Shown here piece after piece: positions 55,823 through 64,000 of a stretch of 64,000 nucleotides of DNA. Position 1 is the stretch's first letter; each line of letters opens with the position of its first letter. A program made the position numbers and the translations under genes. Below the pieces are notes generated by a model. It was given only the letters and a program-made list of their open reading frames with translations, searched no databases and was not told the origin of the DNA. The stretch is taken from NCBI RefSeq assembly GCF_006345805.1, contig NW_021834179.1, forward strand, positions 12,336-76,335. The letters are read 5' to 3'. The DNA is from Octopus sinensis. Its lineage: Eukaryota.

Positions 55823-57609
55823 ATATCTATCTATCTATCTATCGATCTATCTATATGTCTCTCTCTCTATATATATATATAATATATATATAGATATATA
55901 TATAGATATATATATATATATATGTATGTGTGTATGTGTGTGTGTGTATGTGTGTGTATGTTGAACCCCATACACATGTGCATGTACTCACACACACACA
56001 CAAATGTAGTTAGACGCCCACACACACACACACATATATACTTATATGTATATATATTTATATATATATATATACATAAACCTACATAAATATATGCATT
56101 CACACAATCTAAAGTGTTTTGTGTATATGGAATAATAATAAATTGGTATGCGGATGCTCACGTGAACAACTTAGGGAATTAGTACAGTCTTTACGCTCTA
56201 GTACCTGCATCTGCTGTGTGAGTCCTGCGGCAAGTTACGCAGGATGAACTGGACGCCCCTAAACATTCGAGGGTATGTTGTACTTGAGATAACCCATGTA
56301 CATGAAAGTTACAATATGCTAAACACACATGGAAAGTAAAGCACTTAGAATATCACTTTCATTCTTCTGCTAGTAGCAGAATAATTCAGTCCTAGATGTC
56401 ATTTAATAAATTGATGCTTCATCTTGATAGTAAGGTCGGACTTATATTTCGGAAAGATCTACGAAAATTAACATCCATATCATGTGATGTATTAACAATA
56501 ATGATTGTAGGTGTAGGTTTCAGGACTAATGAATGTCCATTACTTGAACATTTGCGCTATCAGCCCTATCGTAAGCATTTGAGACAATGATATTCCATTG
56601 TCTCACACCCTATCGTCTTAACCACGGAAAGAACACAACACACATTGCAATATATGTAAATCGACGGGATGATCACGATCGAAACGCCTCTGATCATAGT
56701 CTTGTCATCAGTGAACAACAAGAATACTTTACAACCAACTGAAATATATTCTGGGTGACAAGGAAAATTCGTCGGGTTTGCATTTTAGTAACAAGAGAGA
56801 TGAGGTCGTGTCTTTGAGCAGATATCGCCATCCCAATAATCGATAAAAACAATGGCGTTTGTTTTAGAAAAGTGTCAAGTAGATAAGAATATTCTCTGGG
56901 TGTTGTCAGGACACATGAAAAATAAAGTTTTGGTAATATAATAGAAGCCGAGGACACATGAAATCGTGATTAAGTATGCTACTCACGATAACAAGGTCGT
57001 GATCTCAGATACAGGACCGAGAGGTGTATTTTGCGCAAGACACTTCATCCCATGTTGCACAGCGACCATTTCAACACTTGACGTGTAGGAATGGTGACTA
57101 GCTGGAAAATGGATTTATTTTCCGGATATTAAAGAATTGCAGCCAATCACATACATCAAGGGAAAATACTACCACTCTCGTTTAAAAAAAAATTAGATAA
57201 TTTTTCAACAGGGTATTTCATTCAGTATTCTTATCGAATAGCAGCTGGAACGTGAGACAAAAAACATATATGAGGCAATAGAATATTCAGATAAGTGGAT
57301 AAATGATTTAATTTCTGTCAAAAATTCAAACTGAAGTCATATATTGATCCGGCGTTATAGAGGTAAATAAATTTTTTAACTTTTCTTTTAAGATTTTACA
57401 TTTATATATACACTCACATATATATGATTTATTTTTCCCCTCTCTCTCTCTATCTTTCTATAAATATGAGACTTAATAGAATAACGTAATTCCTGACGTC
57501 CATTTTTCGGTGAGCATTTGGTTCCAAGCAACCATAACACACCCCTTAACATAGTGGATCGGCAAAAGTGACCAATAAAATAACACATACAAACATATAG
57601 ACACACACT

Positions 57610-57657
<48 letters not shown>

Positions 57658-58826
57658 TACGACGGGTTTCTTTCAGTTTCTGTCTACCGATCCACTCACA
57701 GGTCTTTGGTAGACCCGAGGCCATAGTAGAAGACACTTGCCTAAAGTGCCACGCTGTGCGACTGAACCTGGAACCATGCGATTGGTAAACAAGCTACTTA
57801 CCACACAGACTGTCCTAAACCTATGTATATATATATATATTATATATATATATATAAATATATATATACAAACGTACATAATTGCACACATTCACATACA
57901 CAAACACACACAGGTACGCTTACACAACCACACACACACACACACATACACGCACATATATTTGTTACTGTTTGTGTATGTATATATATCCTGATGCATT
58001 TTTATATAATCATACATGATTACATATGACCCCGCGTAGCAATTCTTTGTCCTGAAATTCTAGATTGCCGCTCATATAATGTTGTCTCTGGCTTAGGTAG
58101 AATGCCAGTGGTTGTGTTTTGTGGGGGAGGTGGACAGTCGACTAATTGGACTTCAGCACCTCTGAGAAATGAAAGGCAAAGTGGACTTCGGTGGGAAAGG
58201 AACTCAGAACGCGAATAGCCGACAGAAACGCTGCAAAGCAATTTGTAAATTTGTGTACAGACATGTGTACAGGCATTGCCGACTATTTTGCTTGAATCTT
58301 CTTGTTTAATATATTATTTTTTAATTTAATTCTATACTTTTTAACCGTACAACTTATTTTTTCATTCGAAAGTCCTGCGGGGACGGGAAGGTGACGAAGC
58401 ATTCAGATCTGAGGAGTTGGAAGCATGTATTTAGTGGTCTACACACAAGTGTCCTATGGGTTTTTGGTTGCATGTGTGCTTAAGAAGTTTAATTCAGGGA
58501 AAACGCTGCTCACCTAGAGACCGGAGATAATGCTATATAACTAAATGGATGGGAAGATGACGACCGGATGTCCTCTAATCATAGGCTTACACATTCAGGA
58601 AACATTGGCTTGTGACGCAGATATGTTTATAATCAATAATAAATCTCTGAGCGAGATGTAATCAGTAAGGGCTCGACAACGTAAAGTATACTAGCCATCT
58701 TAATATGGCCAACCACTAGGGGTGGGGGTGTTACTGTAGCTTATTAGCCCCAGGAGATCATCGTCTCCAGCTCGCTTTAGGTCATCCCCTCTCGAAAACC
58801 TAAGTGATACTCATGGACCGTGATTA

Positions 58827-58873
58827 GCGTGTGTTGACAAGAGACAATATTCTCGAAACTGCAGTCTATGCGT
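58827..58873 (+). ncRNA. Duplicate U3-A8 hammerhead within the fold-back element 58691-58983
   Basis: Identical to 13509-13555. Confidence 0.78.
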
Positions 58874-59997
58874 ATCACTTAGGTTTTCGACAGGGGATGA
58901 CCTCCCTTTGCGAATATCATAAAGGCACTGGATTGTGTCTAAAGCCAGCTGGAGACGATGATCTCCTGGGGCTAAAAAGCTACTTTCTATCATTACATGA
59001 TACAACGCCATATCGTTAGCTGACAAGAGACATCTCTTAGGATTAACGCTCAGATCTTTCTCGGGATCCATGTAAATTCAGTGAGTGTTGCTTCAGGGAA
59101 ACGCCCAGTAGATAAGAAGGATTTCTGAGATGCTGTCCTACCTACATATGTCATATACCATGTTTAATAATATAATTGGTGACCAAGGCGTATGACCACG
59201 CTGTTAATGGTGCTCTATTCGCGATAGCGAGATCGCGGTTTCAATTCCCGTAAAGGGAATTGTATTGCGCTCTTAAGCAAAACACCTCATCTCATATTGC
59301 TTTGCGTCGTGTAGGAATGGTGAATTTCTGGAAAATGGATTTATTTTCCGGATATTAAACTACAGCGAATCGCGTACATCGACAGAAAATACTGACACTG
59401 CCTGTAAAGAAACACATAACGGGTTATAACAAATGTGTACTTCGGTCAGTATTCTTATCCGATACAAGCCGCAGAATTAGACAATAAACTTTCATGAGGT
59501 AATAGAATATCCAGATAAGTGGATAAACCTTTTCTAATTTCTGTAAAAAATTAATACTGAAGTCATATTTGAAACCGGCATTGTAAATGTAAATCAATTT
59601 TTGCTACTTTCCTGTAAATATTTAAAATTAATATTTATACACACACATATCTACACTGGCGAAATTAAATCTAAGACAGATGATATTAGTCCTATTTCTA
59701 ACAAAATATTTTGTTACAAACACCATACAACTTATTTCTATCTTTTACACCTTATGAAGAATTTATTTCTCTTTCGAATGATGCAGACAATAACTATTTT
59801 TATACAACTTGAAGAATGCATGAAAGTACTTGTTCAATCAGAGTGGATATTTGATATTCTATCGCTTCATTATGTTATCTTATCGTATCATATATTATTA
59901 TAAGATTGTAAATAAATCATGAAAATCAAAGTTGGAATTTCTTTCAGTAATATATTCTCCTATACACAATCATACACACCTGTGTATAAGTGCATAT

Positions 59998-60102
<105 letters not shown>

Positions 60103-60364
60103 ATATTATTACACACACAAACATATACACTCACACACACATACACACATAAAAATATAAATGGTAAAAAATGCAATAGAAGACAATAAAAGATTGGGAC
60201 AGATAGACGATAGAAAGCGGACAGGAGAAACAAAGATTAGGACAGGCAAAAAAACGACGGGTCATTCGTGGCTTTCTTTCCTCAGTCAAGTCCCACAAGT
60301 CACGACCATCTCGGGCAGTTATACTTGAGATGGTTCGAGCTGGTTGCCCAACTAAAAGTCTCTT

Positions 60365-60396
<32 letters not shown>

Positions 60397-60397
60397 T

Positions 60398-60430
<33 letters not shown>

Positions 60431-61206
60431 TATATATAAAGGCGGTGCTCCAGCATGACCGCAGTCAAATGACTGAAACAAGTAAAAGAGTAAAAGAGTA
60501 AAAGAGTAATATATATATACTAGCAGTATCTCCCGGCGTTGCTCGGGTTTGTAAGGGAAATAATCATATAAGCATTTTTAGAGATGTAAAGTATTATAGC
60601 CATCTCAATATGGCTAACCACAAAGGGGAGGGGTGTTACTGTAGCTTTTTACGTTCTGAGATTTAATAATAAATTTTAGAGAGTTACTTCCCTTATATAT
60701 GTCAAAAATGGATTAAAAATGGGAAAAATTGATGGTAATTTTTTTTTTAAATCGTAGACTCATCGTAGACGTGCGCTAATACCCAGACGGTCTCGATATG
60801 AATCACGACTATAAGATACCCGGTTTTGGTTAAACTGCACCGCAAAATGTGGGAGTAGTTAGGAATCTAAATCGTAGGAGACAGACACACAACCTCACTT
60901 TTATATATAAAGATTTCCTCTATTTACATAATATTGAGGTCTCTTTCTTTCTTTTGTTATCTTACTGTTTTTACCAATATACATATATATATATATATAT
61001 AATATATATATAGTTACAGAGATGTACTTGCATAGCAAGTGACTTGATCTGAGATCGTGTGCTGGAACGAAAACAGTTGCAGCGTTGAAGGTGTTTATAA
61101 GCCATTTAAGAAACACACAAAAACCGTTAGATTCACTTCAACATTTAAATTTAATTTGTCAAAATATTTTCATCGCTTTGAGACCGCGATCTGTTAGCAC
61201 GATATT

Positions 61207-61257
61207 TTTGTCAGTGAACAGGTCGCGGTCTCAAAGCGACGAAAATATTTTGGCAAA
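61207..61257 (+). ncRNA. Duplicate G3-C8 candidate hammerhead within the palindrome 61077-61335
   Basis: Identical to 15888-15938. Confidence 0.6.
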
Positions 61258-62540
61258 TTAAATTTAAATGTTGAAGTGAATGTAACGGTTTTTGTGTGTT
61301 TCTTAAATGGCTTACAAACACCTTCCACGCTGCAAGATATATATATACACACATATATATATGTATGTATGTATGTATGTGTGTATATGTGTATGCATGT
61401 ATGTGTGTGTGTGTGCGTGTCTGTGCTTGTGATTGTCCTCCACCACTGCTTGACAACGAATGTTGGTTTGTTTACATCCCTGTCACCTAGTGGTTTGACA
61501 AAGGAAACAGATAGAATAAGTACAATGCTTACAAAAATAAAACGAGTTGATTCATTAAACTACAATTCTTCAAGGCATTGCCCCAGCATGGCCACAGACC
61601 AATGGCTGGAACAAGCAGAAGAATAAAAGAATACAGTCTCTGCTTTGGTCTTATGTTCAAGGCATGAGAAAGCTTGAGTTTACATGAGAAGGCCTAACAG
61701 ACCTGGTAGAAACAGCAGCCAAATCTCCCTCAAATCACACCTTACTGTCTTATGTATGTATATATATATGAGCCAATGAGGGGGACCTCTACATGGTAGC
61801 TAGACCTGGTAGAAATAGCAGCCAAATTTCCCCCAAATCACACCTTACTGTCTTATCTATGTATATATGTATGTATGAGCCTATGAGGGAGATCCCTACA
61901 TGGCAGCTAGACATGGTAGAAATAGCAGCCAAATCTCCCTCAAATCACACCTTACTGTCTTATCTTTCTGCTACTTGGATATAGGTGTTATATTCGTCGT
62001 AAAAAACTTTCCTGTCACACACTCACGCACACGCACACACACACACACACACACGCACCCTCACAGACACACACACGCGCACACCCACACACACCCACTC
62101 ACACACACGCACGTTAGCTTACAATTTTATTTATATATTTGCGTGTCTGTGTGGAAAGAGGAAGTGGGAGGCAGAGTGAAAGAATCACTCACTACAGTAA
62201 GGCAATTACTTTCATTTTATTCGTTGCCCACTGTGTGTGTGCGTTTGCGTGTGCTGTAAACCAGACTAAGAAAAGCATTTGACACACACACCAGAATGTG
62301 AGTTTTCTGTAAATTTTGCTTAATTGGAGTTTAAATTTTAAAAACTGGACCTGGCATGACGCGATGCATTGTACTCTTAAAATTGCTAGGTAAATTGTAA
62401 TTGAAGAAATCCTATATTGTAGATTTGTATAACTCCCAAAGGGAGGCAGATAAAATCTGCCTTTTATAATAAGAGATATATACATACACACACACACACA
62501 CATACATATATATATATAATATATATATATATATACATAC

Positions 62541-62609
<69 letters not shown>

Positions 62610-62769
62610 CACTCAATCCCCTCAATCACACGCCAGATTTTACCATTTATAAAATATTATAATAATCCAGGTTTCTCGGAGCACTAGGCCACTTGGTGTA
62701 GAATAGATATACTATTAAATTAGTATCTAATTCTCTCACCCTTATTAATTAATTATATATAATATATAT

Positions 62770-62821
<52 letters not shown>

Positions 62822-62878
62822 GCGGTGCTCCAGCATGGCCGCAGTCAAATGACTGAAACAAGTAAAAGAGTAAAAGAG

Positions 62879-62981
<103 letters not shown>

Positions 62982-64000
62982 TACTAGCAGTATCGCCCGG
63001 CGTTGCTCGGGTTTGTTTCGACCCGCTGGAATTGTAATTTTGAAAAGTAAAAATTTTGTGAACATTTTTCTGGTCGAAATACACCGAAAAGTGGCGACAC
63101 AGCAGTGAAAAAATCGTAAAAAATAGGGATGTTCATAGAAAAAAGCATCTTTTTGATGTAAATAATTTTTGGTGTTAACATGGTCCGATTTGAATTTTAT
63201 GTTCTACGGAAGGAAGAGCAACCCTTCTTCTACCATACTCTCAATTTTGGTCAACTTGCGCCGCAGGGTCTCGGAGGAGATAGTGTTAGTTGAAGGTTAC
63301 CATTCTAGGTGCCTGAGTAACAACCTCGCGGATTTACAGATAAATGAATTAATTACTATTTTACAGAATAAAATTAAATAATTCTTGAAAATTAATTAAT
63401 ATTAATATTTTTTGAACAAAGTAAATAATTTTTAAAACTTAAATAATAATTTTTTTTACACAAACGCGAACGGGGAAAAGGGGGTGGCGAATTCGATTTA
63501 CATACCCAAATTTTTTCTTTTTCATGACATTGTAGCAAAATAGTAGTGAATTATATAAATACCAGCAGTACATTTTTTATCTGGGGTATTTTTTTTCAAC
63601 CTCGTCACATATTTGCCCCTTTCAATTTAAACAAAGTCTTAATTAAGCAATTACGGCAGCTTAGCAATGGTTTCAATACAGGCGTGACATGTGTATCTCA
63701 ATTGTTCAAAACCCTTCGAATTTTTTCGCACGTGATGATATCATAGTGAAAACTTTCAATTACGCGCGCTTAGAAGTACGCTCGCAAATTAATACTACCA
63801 AAATTTTGAAGTTCGCGCTCCGCTTGTGTGTGTGTGTGTGTGCGTGCTTTAGGTGTACGTAGGTATGTGTTTTTGTGTGTGTGTCACTGAAGCCATACGT
63901 ACATATATACATACATAACCTCTCTCTCTCTTTTCTCTCTCAGTCACTCACTACAAAAAGTGAATAAAAAAAGTTCAGTTATTTCTGTCTTTCACTCTGT

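Overview
AT-rich, microsatellite-saturated animal genomic DNA. The SINE and LINE repertoire looks cephalopod (Octopus-like); this is my recognition, not a database result. I found no intact host gene. Nearly all ORFs in the supplied track are translations of (TA)n, (CA)n or (TAA)n repeats, or retroelement remnants. Large-scale structure: bases 1-18780 recur almost identically at 45320-64000, a ~45.3-kb tandem repeat or a haplotig/assembly duplication. This overlies older, visibly more diverged tandem copies of a ~1-kb module carrying hydrophobic ORF remnants. Mobile elements: a 5'-truncated Penelope-like element (PLE; RT plus GIY-YIG) with ~2-kb inverted arms, a second PLE endonuclease remnant, three R4/Dong-type RLE LINEs (two embedded in (TAA)n), a CR1-like LINE, two complementary halves of an RTE-BovB-like LINE, Helentron-type non-autonomous elements and many tRNA-derived SINEs. 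The most striking signal is invisible in the ORF track: ten minimal type I hammerhead ribozyme (HHR) motifs in the unique 45 kb, 14 counting the duplicate. They have palindromic stem III, covarying stems and compensatory core variants (U3-A8, G3-C8). Most sit inside fold-back (inverted-repeat) elements, including a 458-bp near-perfect palindrome that carries one hammerhead on each strand.
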